Source: Monocercomonoides exilis PA203
Lineage: Eukaryota > Protista > Preaxostyla
NCBI GenBank assembly: GCA_001643675.2
Contig: LSRY02000026.1
Span: 868,001 to 932,000, forward strand
DNA: 64,000 nt
Reading direction: 5' to 3'
The notes beneath the pieces were generated by a model. It saw nothing but the letters and a program-made list of their open reading frames with translations. It was not told where the DNA came from and ran no database searches. Of this stretch, positions 26,686 through 37,197 are shown one piece after another; position 1 is the first letter of the stretch, and each line of letters begins with the position of its first letter. The translations under genes and the position numbers were made by a program.

Positions 26686-27987
26686 CTTTTTTTCCTTGAT
26701 CAGTGATCGTGACTTGCTCATAAGTGACGATCTCTCAAAACAGAAGAGAAGGAAGTGAGAGAATGTTTTCTTTTGAATCAAAGTACATGTGCTTTGATTC
26801 CCCTTTCAGGCGATGTTGATGAATGTTGGCTCATCAAAATCTGAAATTTATAAATCAGCTCCTGTGGCTTCACTCTTTCTTTTTTAAGAAATCATCATCA
26901 TTTCCATTTGCTCTTTCCCTCTTCAGAAGCTTCCTCAAAAAATAGCTTCCAATCTGATTCAGCCACATTACCTGCTTTTCCTTCACCTCATTTCCCCTTT
27001 CTCAACATTATCTCTTCCCTCCCTTTGTATTTCTTCGTTCTTCATTTTTCTCTTTCTTTCTATCTTTTCCCAAAAATGCCATCTCCAAAAAGAAATCTGC
27101 CAGAAACAGAGTAAAAATAACTTCCATCATCCTGTCATATAATAACACGAAGACAAAAACATATGTAATATTGTCATTCAAAACGCAATGTTTAACAACA
27201 AAATTATCAAATTTCATGAAAACTTTCAAGAAAAACAAACATTAAACAGAAATCCGTTGACAATTGCATTCTTTCCTTCAGTGCCTTTGTCCTTTTCAAA
27301 ACAATCCATTTTTGGTCTGTTCAGCCTTTGTAATCTTTCCTTTTCCTCTCAAATTGTATCATTTTCTGCCCTGTTTGCAAAAGAAATCAAATTAATGAAC
27401 AAAACATTCAATGAAATACCTCATATGAATTAATTCCACACTGTCCATCTCTTCGGACGGGAATGTCCAATTTCAGCCATCCAACGCTTCAGCAAATAAC
27501 AATCTCGAAAAAACAATTCCAAATACCTCTGATGACCACAAACACCGGAAAACAAAATATGAAAAGTTTCTTCAAAATTCTTTCATTGAACACACCTCAT
27601 CTGTTCCTCAGATAAATGAATTCCAAAAAAGAATAATGCTTCTCCAACTCTCACTTCACTTGAAAAATGAACAACACGCTCAGAGACTGAGAAGCAAATG
27701 TTATAAAAGGAAAATAGAGTATTACAGCTTCTCTCTCTGTAATAATGAAAATATCAGAATATCAACATTTTCAGTCAATCATTTTGTATTATTCAAATGA
27801 TCAAACAAAAACGAAATTATTCTCATTCAAAATTCATCACAGTTTTAAAAAAAAACATCTCACTTAACACTTGAACAAAAAATGATTTCTTTCTTTCTTT
27901 TTTTTATTCAAAAAATGTTGTGCCCATTCTTATTTAGAAGAAATCCGGAAAAAAAGAAAAGTGCCTTCTTTGTGTGGATAAGTCCCC

Positions 27988-30900
27988 ATGCTGTCTGGAA
28001 TATGTGGTTTTGTGTGCATAATTTGTGTGGAATGCCTGTGCAATGGTGCCACAAATGATGAAGAAGAGCTGGTAGAGGAATCGATAAATGACAGAAAAAC
28101 AGATTATTTGGGAAATTCTTTGTTTGATGGCCTTCCAAATGATAAGAATGGAGAAAAAAACATGATAGAAATGTTTGTTGAAGTGAATGATGGTGGAATT
28201 GAAGAAAATGAAAAACAAGAAAAATCAAAGAAAAATTATCAAAAAATGGAGAATGAAAGAAACAACCAAATTTGGAAAGAGAATTCAGTGAAGATTGTGA
28301 ATAATAAGCATTTTTTTGGAAAACGAGAAATGGTGAAAATTGAAAGAATATTTGAAGAAAGTGAGATTGAAGGATGCTTTGTTCTGATTAATTCATCGAT
28401 TAAGCTCAAATCATTGGGGCTGATTCAACGTGATGAGAGAAATGATTTTGAAGTTGGGGACGGAAGTATTCTTGAATTGGATGATTGTGGTATTTTTGTG
28501 GTGAGTGGAATGTCTCCATTTTGCTTGACAGGAGGTTGTGGGCTGTTCACCAACATTTCGCTTGGTTCATCTTCAACTGGGTTTTTGGAGACATTTTCTC
28601 CACTTTTCTCTTCAAAATCACAAAAAGGAGAATATTCAGAAAAATGCTTTGTTTCTGTTTGTTCTTCTCATTTCTCTTCTTTTTGTGTTTCACCAGCCCC
28701 ATTCCTTTCTTCATCCTTCGTTCATCTTTTATCCCTCTCTCACCTGACATTTTTCAATATTTCAACAGCAAATGAGGCATGTTCACCTGCAACAACAACG
28801 TCATCCCAAACCACATGTTTGATGAACAGCTGCTCATTTTCATCAGTTTGCGATGCATATGATGGCGGAATTGTTCCTTCGCTCAATAATCCATTGGCTT
28901 CCTTAATAGCCTCAAACACCTCATTCGTTGGGTGTTGCAGGACAAGGAATGTTGTATGCGAAGGAACTGCAGATGGAAAGTTGACTCCAGGGAGACAAAA
29001 CACAACGGATAATGGAGCATATTCATTTATTTGGTGTGAGTGGAACGGATCGAAGGCTACTGAAATGAGCGAAGATTATTCAAATCAAGCCTCGAATGGA
29101 GGAGCAATATTTATGCACACGCTGACATCTGGTTCACTTTCTGTTTCTCATTGTGCATTCAACGATTGTTCATCGTATTGGTGCGGCGGAGGAATAATGA
29201 GCAGTTTAATAAAAACAACAATAATTGAAAGCAGCACTTTCAATTGCTGTGTCTCCACAAAACGATATGGAGGAGGAGTGTATCTATATGGAATTTCTTT
29301 ATGTACTCGAGTGAGTGGATGCCAGTTCGATAATTGCAAAGCGATTGGATACGGAGGAGGGTTGAAATTAGAAAGTTTTAATGTTTCAGGATCAGGGTGC
29401 ATCGGAATTGAAAACGAAGGAGGAGAGAGTGCATGTGTGTTTGACTGCTGTTTCACTTCATGTCTCCTTTCAAGCACCGGCGGTGGAGGGATATTTTGTC
29501 AATATGTTCCTGATGCATTTAAAATGAAGAACATAAAATTCATTGCATGCGCAGCATCTGCACATGGAGGTGGATTGGAGTTGTACCCATACAGACAAGC
29601 TTCACAAAATAAAACAGTTTATTGTTATTTCCTTTTTTTCCATAAATGTCAATGTTCGGCCATTCCACCATATGGGCATGATATGGCATATCTTGATTAT
29701 TTTAATGAAATTTTGAATTCAGATAACCCATTCTATGAATCATACACAACAAATACAGATGAAAAGAGAGTTTGCTATGCATTCAATTTAGCAGATGCAG
29801 GTGTCTGGTCATATCAGCACGTGGAAAAGAAGGATTGGCTGAAGGACAAGACGATTTATGTTTCGGTGAATGGAAATGATGCATCTCCGCTTTGTGGGGC
29901 AAATACCACATATCCTTGTCTGACAGTAAAGAAGGGATTTGAGATGTGCGAGGTGCAGATTAGCTTGACAATCACGCTGCTGGAAGGGGATCACACAAGC
30001 GAGACAGTAACAATTGATATTGGGATAAAGAAAATTTCATTCATTGGGAGAGGCAAAGAGAAGAGTTCGATTGAAATGAAATCTCTTTCATCAACTGGAT
30101 CGCTGTTCAGTGTTTCAACAGGTCACCTTGGTTTATTGCACATGAAAGTTGACTGTAACTCAAATACAAATCCTTCACCAAATGTTGTTGTTGTGTATGA
30201 CAGGAGTGGGTCACTCTCATTGGAGGATGTTGTGATCACCACGAGTAAAACAGGAGACTATGAGATATCATCATCAGTGTTTGTGGTTCCACTTTCACAG
30301 CTGTCAATGATTGATGTGGAGATCATTAATATGAATGTGTCAGAACCATTGTTCTCTGAACCTGTTTTATCATCATTTTCATTCTCCTCATCAGCATTGT
30401 TTTTGACAGCTTCAACGTCTGGAGAGAGCATGTTGACGAATGTGTCTGTGAGGAATGTGAGGCTGACAGAAGGAGATGGAGTGGTTGTGGCAAAGAGTGT
30501 GGCAGAAGGGGAGACATTTGTTGTTCAGAATGTGACAATCGAGGATTGTGTGTGTGTGAATGGCAGTGGTGGTGGGATCAAGGTTGAGATGGAAACAGAT
30601 ACGAGCAAGCTTCAGATAGAAAGAACAACAACAATCAAGAGATGCAGAAGTGGGAAATATGGAGGAGGGATAATGCTGTATCTGGCCGACAACTCGATTG
30701 ACTTCTCGATTGTGTCAGTTGACTTTTCAGGGTGTTCTGCCTCATTGGGTGGGAATTATGTGTTTGTGAATGGGAGCAATTCAGCGAGCTGGGGAATAAG
30801 CTCCTCAACGCTGAATGTCCAACATGACAGTTCAAAATACAATGAGCTGGTGGGATGTGATCGGAGTGACACAACAATGGGGCTATTTCCACTGAATGTG

Positions 30901-33900
30901 TATTTGGATTCATATCCAGATGCAGTTCATGTGGGGAAGGGGAAGGATGGGCTGGGTGGATACGACTCGTGGTTCTGTGGGTTTGACTATTATGCGTGTG
31001 CCACCATCACCCATGCAGCGCAGGTGAGATATCCCGACACAAACAAGAAGATCGAATTGGATTCAGGATTTGAGCTTGCTGAGGCAGTTGGAATGACAGA
31101 TGGCTATGAATGGGAGATTTCATGTGCGAGAAAAGGGATGGGAGTTGGGGTGAAAGCACCAGAGAATTTTGAGTCATCTTGTCTGATTGAGGTGTTGAGC
31201 AAATGTTCAATAAGAAACATCAAATTCTGTATTCCATCTGTTCTATCTGGTGCATCATCATCATCTCTGATCTCATCCAATTCCACACTCCTCACACTCA
31301 CTGACTGTTCTGTTGTTTGTTCATCTGAGAATCTCATTGGATATTGTTTTGTGAATGTGATTGGGGGAAAAGTGAAAGTGGAGGGATTGGTGATCACAGA
31401 GACCTTGAGATTTGGAGAATATTCGCTGATTGAGTTTTGTGAAGGGGTGGAATCAGTTGTGTTTTGTGGGTGTGAGGTGAATAACATTGAGAAGAGAAGT
31501 GGAGATGGAGGATGGGTGAGTGGTGTGGTTGGGGCAGAGGGGGATGAGTGGAAGAATGGGATAATTGTGATTGAATCGTGTGTTGTGAAGGGGTGCAGAT
31601 GTGCTGGTGGAAGAGGAGGAGGGATGAGTGTTGTTGTGAAGGGGGAAGGGAGTGTTGTTGTGAATGGGAGTTGTGTGATTGATGGGTGCGAGGCGAAGGG
31701 TTCAGGGGAGAGTTCAGGTGGGAGAAGAGAAGGGAGAGGGGGAGGGATGATGATTGTGATGGAGAGCAGGGATGGTTCAATGAAAATGGGATCGGGAAGA
31801 GAGGGTTTGTTTGTGTTTGGGGAGAATAACAAAGCTCAATATGGGAAGGATGTGTTTGTTGAATGTGGTGGAGGAGTGTTGTTGGAATCGAAAGTGAATG
31901 GGAGTTCATTTTCATTTTTTGATTTTGGTGTGATTCCAACAGATGTGTTGAAGTTGTGTGGGAGTGAGGATGGGAGAGAAGGGGAAGTGATTCCGCTGTT
32001 TGTGTATTTGTGTTCAATTGGGACAAAGCTGGGAGTTGATGGGAGAGGAGAGAGGGCGCTGGATCAGAGCCATTGTGGGTTTGAGGGGTTTGGGTGTTTG
32101 ACGATTGACTATTGTGTTGGGAAGAGAGCGAGCAGCAATGTGAATGAAATTGAAGTTATCTCAGAATCATGGATAAAGAATGAGATGAAAGTGGTTTCAT
32201 TTGAGGTTCATGTTTCAGGTAAAGAAGAGGGGATGAAGGTGGTTGTGAGGGATGAAGGATCGATAACCCAGAATAACCTTATTGAGTGCACAAAATCATT
32301 TGAGATGGGTTATTTGTCACTTGTGTTGAATGAAGAGATGAATGGGAAGAGAAGTGGATTTATCCACTCCTCATCATCATCAACCATCACAATCACGAGC
32401 TGTTCAGTCTCATTTGGAAATGAAGAAGTGATTGGATACAATGTGATATGTGTTGAGGGAGGAAGGTTGGTTGTTCATGGATTTGTGATGGAATGGGGAG
32501 TAAGAATGAGTGGGAAATCACCAATTGTTGTTTCGAATGGAGTTGAATTGGAGATGAATAGCAGCAGAATGAGTGGAGTGGAAGTTGTTGGTGGGAGTGG
32601 AGGAGGAGGAGGAGGATGTTTGAATGTGGAGATGGGAGTGAATGGGATTGTGAATATTGAAGGATGCAATTTGTCATCAGTGTGTTCAGGGGGGAATGGG
32701 ACGAAAGGGGGAGGGATGAAGATATCAGTGGGGAAGGGAGGGAGGTTGGAAATGAAAGGAGTGAAATATTCAGGGTGTGAAGTGCCAAGAGAGGATGTTG
32801 AGGATGGAGGGAGAGGAATGGGAGGAGGGATGTTTGTGAAGCTGGCAGATGAGATGGGAACATTTGTGATGGAAGGGATGGAATTTGAGGGATGTGATGG
32901 GTGGAAAGGGAAGAATGTGTTTGTGTCAGGATGGGATCTGAGAGAGATTGTGAGTGAGGAGCACCTGAAATGGGAGATAAAGGAAGAGGAGTTGGGATCG
33001 TTTGATGAACTGTGTGGATGGGAGAGGAAGACGACAGGAGAGGAGGGATATGTGATTCCATTGGTTGTGTATTTGTGGAGGAACTGGAGTGGGGATGGGT
33101 ATGTTTCGAGGGAGAAAGGAGGAGACTTCAGTGGGTGTGGGTATTCGGAAGCACCATGCTTATCGATTGACCACTTGATATCACTTCGACATCCAACACT
33201 TGGAGGAGGGGAGACACATATTGCGATTGTGGGATCAGGGTTGCTGAGCCATTCAATTCCATTTTCATTTTCATCTTCATCTTCTTCATCATCATCTTCA
33301 GTTTTAGAGTCACCAAAAGTGGTGATTAAAGGGTCAAAGATAGGGACAGGAGTGACGATCAGTGATGAAGATGAGGATGAATTGGATGATGGTTCAATGA
33401 TATCCTCGAATGTGAGTCTGTCATTTGTGAATGTGTCATTCACCAAGCCAGCCATCGCAACCCATCATTCAGTGTTGATTGAATCCTCCGGAGCAAACAC
33501 ATTATTGTCAGTTTCAGATTGTTCATTTGGGCCAGGGAGGGGGGTGGCAGAAAGTTTTGGATATTGTGTGATGAGAGTGAATGGGGGGAGTGTATTGATT
33601 GAGAGGTGTTCGTTGAGTTTGATTTCAGAGTTGAAAGGGTTGATTGCGTTCAGGCCAAGTGCAGGTGAGGTGACACTTCAGAATGTGAACATCTCATTTA
33701 CTGATGTGACAGAAAGAAGTCTGATTTCGATGATTGAGGAGGATAACCAGATGAATGGAGAAAAGAAGGTATTTTCAAATGGGAACAGACCAGTTCTGAG
33801 GGTTGTTGGGTGTGCATTTGCGAACATCACGAATGAAGGGATTGGAGCGAGTGTTGTTGATGTGGGATCATTTGAGGATGGAGTGGAGTGTGTGATGGAT

Positions 33901-36900
33901 GAGTGTTCGATGTCGAGTTGCAAGAGTGGTTTGAGTGCTGAAGGAGGGGGGATGAGAGTGGTGCTGAAGAGTGGGGAGTCAGTGTTGAAAGTGAATGGGA
34001 GCTCATTTTCGATGTGCAAGTGCTCGAGTGAGACAGGGTGTGGAGGAGGGCTGTTCGTTGATGGGTCTGACCCACATGCGAATTATGGAAATGAGAGTCA
34101 GATTCCGCCTCTGAATTTCAAGATTGTGAACATCCTGTTTGTGATGAATGAGGCACATGTGGGGAAAGACATATTTGTCAGATGCCACTCGATTGAGCAC
34201 CAGATCAACGAAACACTGTTTGCGCTGAACTACAGCCAGGAGTCACTGAACTCGAACAACTCAATCTGTGGGAGGGATGGTTGGAGCGAGGGAGATGTTG
34301 ATCTGATTCCGCTGATCACATTCTATTATTCGGCACAGGTGTTTGTGAGTGGGAGAGGGAGTGATGGGAGGGGGTGTGGGGCACAGAGCAGTGCATGTGC
34401 AAGCATCAACTGTGGGGTTGAGCACGTCCAGGAAGGGGTGATGAATGGGATTCTGATTGATGGAGAAGGGTTTGTGAGGAAGGAGTGTGTGATTGGAGAT
34501 CTGGTTGTGAATTCATTGAAAAAGACACAGGGGATTGTTCGGTTGAACTGCAAGATTGAGAAATCAGGTGAGAAGGATTGTGTGATGGAGTTTGTGAATG
34601 AATGTTCAGTGGAGAGGTGCTCATTCCAATTTGAAGATGGATTTAAATCAACTCACATTAATCTTATGAAAGTGAAGAATGGTTCAATGGAGATACAGAA
34701 ATGTGAATTCTTCTCTTCATTATCAACAACAATTGAGGATATGAAGTTGAACAGCTCAGTTGTGAGTGTGGAGAGTGGAGAGCTGAAGATATCAGAAACA
34801 ACATTCAGGGATATTCATTCAACAAAATCAATTCTTTCATTTTGTGAAGAATCGGATGCGATAATTGTTGAAACAAGAATATCGAATATCAAATGTGAGG
34901 GAGATGTTGTGAGCATTGGAGGTAAAGCGAAGGTGGCGATGAAAGAGATGGAAGTTGAGAATGTGACTCTGCTGTTGGAGGGGTGTGTGATTGGGATGGA
35001 AGATCCTGAACAAGAGGTGAGTTTGCTGAACAGCTCATTTGGAAGATGTGTGAATTCAGTGAATAAGGGAAGGATGATGCAGATCAGGAATTCCAAGAAT
35101 GTGAGGATTGAGATATGTGTGTTTGATGGAGAAAAAGAAATCGAGGTTGCCAATGAAGAAAACAATAGAAAAGAAGGGTTATGCAAATGGAATGGGTCAT
35201 TGGTTGATGTTGAGAAGAGCAATGTGGAGATGAGGGAAACAACAGTTAGAAATAGCAAGGGAGGTGGGCTGTGGGTGAGTGGAGGGAGTGTGAAGATTGA
35301 AAATGGAAAGTTTGAGAACAACAACCCATCGATTGAGGGATATCCATCAGCCAGAAGGAATGTGATCTGCACAGGGAACGGGGAGTTGAATATTGTGAGT
35401 GTGAAAGGGGGAGATGGAATCGAGAAAAACACTTCATTGTGGATATTGGATGAGGGGTGCGAATTGGGAGGGATAGCTTCAGAAAGAGGATCATCATTTT
35501 TCATCCCCATTTTGGAAGAGGTGAAGAATATTTCTCAGCCAAATGGGGATGTGGAGTTGATGATTCATGGAAAGCTGCTTCTGCCATGTGATTTGTCAGT
35601 GAAGATGAGCATGAAAAATGGGGATGAAGAGGAGATTGTGAGAAAGGGGATTGAAGAAGAAGGGTTTGTGTCAGAGAATGAGATTCACTCAGTTATTTCA
35701 TGTTCAGAACTGGAGAAAGTGAGAGAAGAGACAGAAGTGAGTGTGTTGATTGTGTTTGGGAAAGGAGATTCACCATCATCAACAGAGCGATTTATTGTGA
35801 AGAACGGGAGTGAAAGTGTTGGAAAAGGAGATGAAAGGATTGTTGAAGGAGGGAAAGAAGGGAAATCATCATGGGCTGTTTTTTGCCTGATATTTGTTGT
35901 TTTGTTTTTGATCGTTCTGATTGTGTCTGTTGTTCTGGCTGTTCGGTGGAGAAGGGCAAAGAATGAAAACAAAGACTTGAGAGAGATTGTGAATGACACA
36001 GTGAAGAAGGATCCGAAGGCGTTTGAGATGGTGACGATGGAGATGTCGCCTGAGGAGCAGTGGAGGAGAGCTGAAAGAGAGGCAGAGAAGAAGAATGAAG
36101 AAAGGATGAAGAAGAGGGTGTATGAGAAAAGCTTGGGACATTCCGAATCATCAGAACATCTTCTGTCTGAGAGCGGCTCCACTGAATACATCTTGGGAAG
36201 AGATTCAGACAAGATTCCTCAATGGATGCTGGAGAAGGTGGATGAGAAGGAGGAAGAAGAAGAGACAAGAAAGCGAACACCATCACCATCAATTTCAACA
36301 ACTTCAACGACAGATTCAGATTCAACATTTGTTCGATCGGAGAGTCTGTGCCCAACCACTTCATCGATGTCGAATCTGGTGGATGCAATGGCCTGTTCAT
36401 CCCCTCATGAGAAGCTGATTGTTGACTTGAGGGATTCATTGTTCATGCTTCTTCATGGAAGGAATAAGACAAAGGAGATGCCTATTGGCACTCTCCTAGA
36501 AAGAGAGATGACAGCTGCCCAAATTCTATTTTGGGTTGCGAATGGGGCACTTCACTCATTTGACGAGATGGAAAATGGATTATCTTCTCTTTCCACTCTG
36601 AGCCCTCACATTGTATTGTTCTCAGAACATATGGTGATCTGCATTGTGATGCACTCTGACTTCTCATCTGATGATGATTCAGATTCATCGTCTATCTCGT
36701 CATCAACTGTTGTGACATCTGCCAGTGACAATGATGATGATGATAGTGACTCTCTTCCTTCTTCTGCCTTTGAGGATGATGAATACAACAGAAAGGAGTG
36801 TTTGAGGTGGATGGCGCCAGAGCTGCAGGTGAACAAGAAGATGGGGGCAACAAAAGAATCAGTTGCGTTTTCGATAGGGATGATGCTGTGGGAGTGTCTG

Positions 36901-37197
36901 ACGCTGGAGATCCCGTTTGGGGAGTATGAAGGGGAGGTGGCAGGGCAGAAGATTGTGAATGGGGAGAGGCCGGATTTGTGTGTTGTGAAAAGCTTCACGA
37001 TGAAAGGGATAATTGGGAAATGTGTTGAAGAAAGGGCAGAAGAGCGGATGGGGCTGGGGGATGTGAAGAAGGGGCTGACACAGTGTCTGCCGGCAGGGTC
37101 GCTGATCTTCACGATGACAGATGCGATGGACTATGTTGGAGAGTCATGTGCTGTGGAGGGGAGCGAGTGTTTGGTGTCGAACACAGGAGCAGAATGA
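27988..37197 (+). CDS. Giant single-pass receptor-like protein: Cys/Gly-rich beta-helix-type repetitive ectodomain, TM helix, degenerate protein-kinase domain
   Basis: 3069-aa ORF; recurring GGA/GGG(M/I/L) and YVS..G.D...CG....C.TI modules; hydrophobic WAVFCLIFVVLFLIVLIVSVVLAV then RWRR at ~35872-35955; RWMAPE, FSIGMMLWECLTLEIPF, GERP near the C-terminus. Start may lie upstream (~27882). Confidence 0.85.
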   Translation: MLSGICGFVCIICVECLCNGATNDEEELVEESINDRKTDYLGNSLFDGLPNDKNGEKNMIEMFVEVNDGGIEENEKQEKSKKNYQKMENERNNQIWKENSVKIVNNKHFFGKREMVKIERIFEESEIEGCFVLINSSIKLKSLGLIQRDERNDFEVGDGSILELDDCGIFVVSGMSPFCLTGGCGLFTNISLGSSSTGFLETFSPLFSSKSQKGEYSEKCFVSVCSSHFSSFCVSPAPFLSSSFVHLLSLSHLTFFNISTANEACSPATTTSSQTTCLMNSCSFSSVCDAYDGGIVPSLNNPLASLIASNTSFVGCCRTRNVVCEGTADGKLTPGRQNTTDNGAYSFIWCEWNGSKATEMSEDYSNQASNGGAIFMHTLTSGSLSVSHCAFNDCSSYWCGGGIMSSLIKTTIIESSTFNCCVSTKRYGGGVYLYGISLCTRVSGCQFDNCKAIGYGGGLKLESFNVSGSGCIGIENEGGESACVFDCCFTSCLLSSTGGGGIFCQYVPDAFKMKNIKFIACAASAHGGGLELYPYRQASQNKTVYCYFLFFHKCQCSAIPPYGHDMAYLDYFNEILNSDNPFYESYTTNTDEKRVCYAFNLADAGVWSYQHVEKKDWLKDKTIYVSVNGNDASPLCGANTTYPCLTVKKGFEMCEVQISLTITLLEGDHTSETVTIDIGIKKISFIGRGKEKSSIEMKSLSSTGSLFSVSTGHLGLLHMKVDCNSNTNPSPNVVVVYDRSGSLSLEDVVITTSKTGDYEISSSVFVVPLSQLSMIDVEIINMNVSEPLFSEPVLSSFSFSSSALFLTASTSGESMLTNVSVRNVRLTEGDGVVVAKSVAEGETFVVQNVTIEDCVCVNGSGGGIKVEMETDTSKLQIERTTTIKRCRSGKYGGGIMLYLADNSIDFSIVSVDFSGCSASLGGNYVFVNGSNSASWGISSSTLNVQHDSSKYNELVGCDRSDTTMGLFPLNVYLDSYPDAVHVGKGKDGLGGYDSWFCGFDYYACATITHAAQVRYPDTNKKIELDSGFELAEAVGMTDGYEWEISCARKGMGVGVKAPENFESSCLIEVLSKCSIRNIKFCIPSVLSGASSSSLISSNSTLLTLTDCSVVCSSENLIGYCFVNVIGGKVKVEGLVITETLRFGEYSLIEFCEGVESVVFCGCEVNNIEKRSGDGGWVSGVVGAEGDEWKNGIIVIESCVVKGCRCAGGRGGGMSVVVKGEGSVVVNGSCVIDGCEAKGSGESSGGRREGRGGGMMIVMESRDGSMKMGSGREGLFVFGENNKAQYGKDVFVECGGGVLLESKVNGSSFSFFDFGVIPTDVLKLCGSEDGREGEVIPLFVYLCSIGTKLGVDGRGERALDQSHCGFEGFGCLTIDYCVGKRASSNVNEIEVISESWIKNEMKVVSFEVHVSGKEEGMKVVVRDEGSITQNNLIECTKSFEMGYLSLVLNEEMNGKRSGFIHSSSSSTITITSCSVSFGNEEVIGYNVICVEGGRLVVHGFVMEWGVRMSGKSPIVVSNGVELEMNSSRMSGVEVVGGSGGGGGGCLNVEMGVNGIVNIEGCNLSSVCSGGNGTKGGGMKISVGKGGRLEMKGVKYSGCEVPREDVEDGGRGMGGGMFVKLADEMGTFVMEGMEFEGCDGWKGKNVFVSGWDLREIVSEEHLKWEIKEEELGSFDELCGWERKTTGEEGYVIPLVVYLWRNWSGDGYVSREKGGDFSGCGYSEAPCLSIDHLISLRHPTLGGGETHIAIVGSGLLSHSIPFSFSSSSSSSSSSVLESPKVVIKGSKIGTGVTISDEDEDELDDGSMISSNVSLSFVNVSFTKPAIATHHSVLIESSGANTLLSVSDCSFGPGRGVAESFGYCVMRVNGGSVLIERCSLSLISELKGLIAFRPSAGEVTLQNVNISFTDVTERSLISMIEEDNQMNGEKKVFSNGNRPVLRVVGCAFANITNEGIGASVVDVGSFEDGVECVMDECSMSSCKSGLSAEGGGMRVVLKSGESVLKVNGSSFSMCKCSSETGCGGGLFVDGSDPHANYGNESQIPPLNFKIVNILFVMNEAHVGKDIFVRCHSIEHQINETLFALNYSQESLNSNNSICGRDGWSEGDVDLIPLITFYYSAQVFVSGRGSDGRGCGAQSSACASINCGVEHVQEGVMNGILIDGEGFVRKECVIGDLVVNSLKKTQGIVRLNCKIEKSGEKDCVMEFVNECSVERCSFQFEDGFKSTHINLMKVKNGSMEIQKCEFFSSLSTTIEDMKLNSSVVSVESGELKISETTFRDIHSTKSILSFCEESDAIIVETRISNIKCEGDVVSIGGKAKVAMKEMEVENVTLLLEGCVIGMEDPEQEVSLLNSSFGRCVNSVNKGRMMQIRNSKNVRIEICVFDGEKEIEVANEENNRKEGLCKWNGSLVDVEKSNVEMRETTVRNSKGGGLWVSGGSVKIENGKFENNNPSIEGYPSARRNVICTGNGELNIVSVKGGDGIEKNTSLWILDEGCELGGIASERGSSFFIPILEEVKNISQPNGDVELMIHGKLLLPCDLSVKMSMKNGDEEEIVRKGIEEEGFVSENEIHSVISCSELEKVREETEVSVLIVFGKGDSPSSTERFIVKNGSESVGKGDERIVEGGKEGKSSWAVFCLIFVVLFLIVLIVSVVLAVRWRRAKNENKDLREIVNDTVKKDPKAFEMVTMEMSPEEQWRRAEREAEKKNEERMKKRVYEKSLGHSESSEHLLSESGSTEYILGRDSDKIPQWMLEKVDEKEEEEETRKRTPSPSISTTSTTDSDSTFVRSESLCPTTSSMSNLVDAMACSSPHEKLIVDLRDSLFMLLHGRNKTKEMPIGTLLEREMTAAQILFWVANGALHSFDEMENGLSSLSTLSPHIVLFSEHMVICIVMHSDFSSDDDSDSSSISSSTVVTSASDNDDDDSDSLPSSAFEDDEYNRKECLRWMAPELQVNKKMGATKESVAFSIGMMLWECLTLEIPFGEYEGEVAGQKIVNGERPDLCVVKSFTMKGIIGKCVEERAEERMGLGDVKKGLTQCLPAGSLIFTMTDAMDYVGESCAVEGSECLVSNTGAE

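Larger units (their letters stand above)
22101..26799 (-). mobile_element. DIRS1-type tyrosine-recombinase retrotransposon, copy A (structurally complete, point-mutated)
   Basis: Left ITR ~26697-26799; right ITR with unique extension ~22103-22181; internal complementary region (ICR) 22343-22447 joining both termini; gag-like, RT/RNaseH/MT and YR ORFs. Confidence 0.95.

Noticed and set aside
31104-37112. Multiple Pro/Ser/Thr/His-rich minus-strand ORFs
   Set aside because: Antisense shadows of the G-rich 3069-aa gene.
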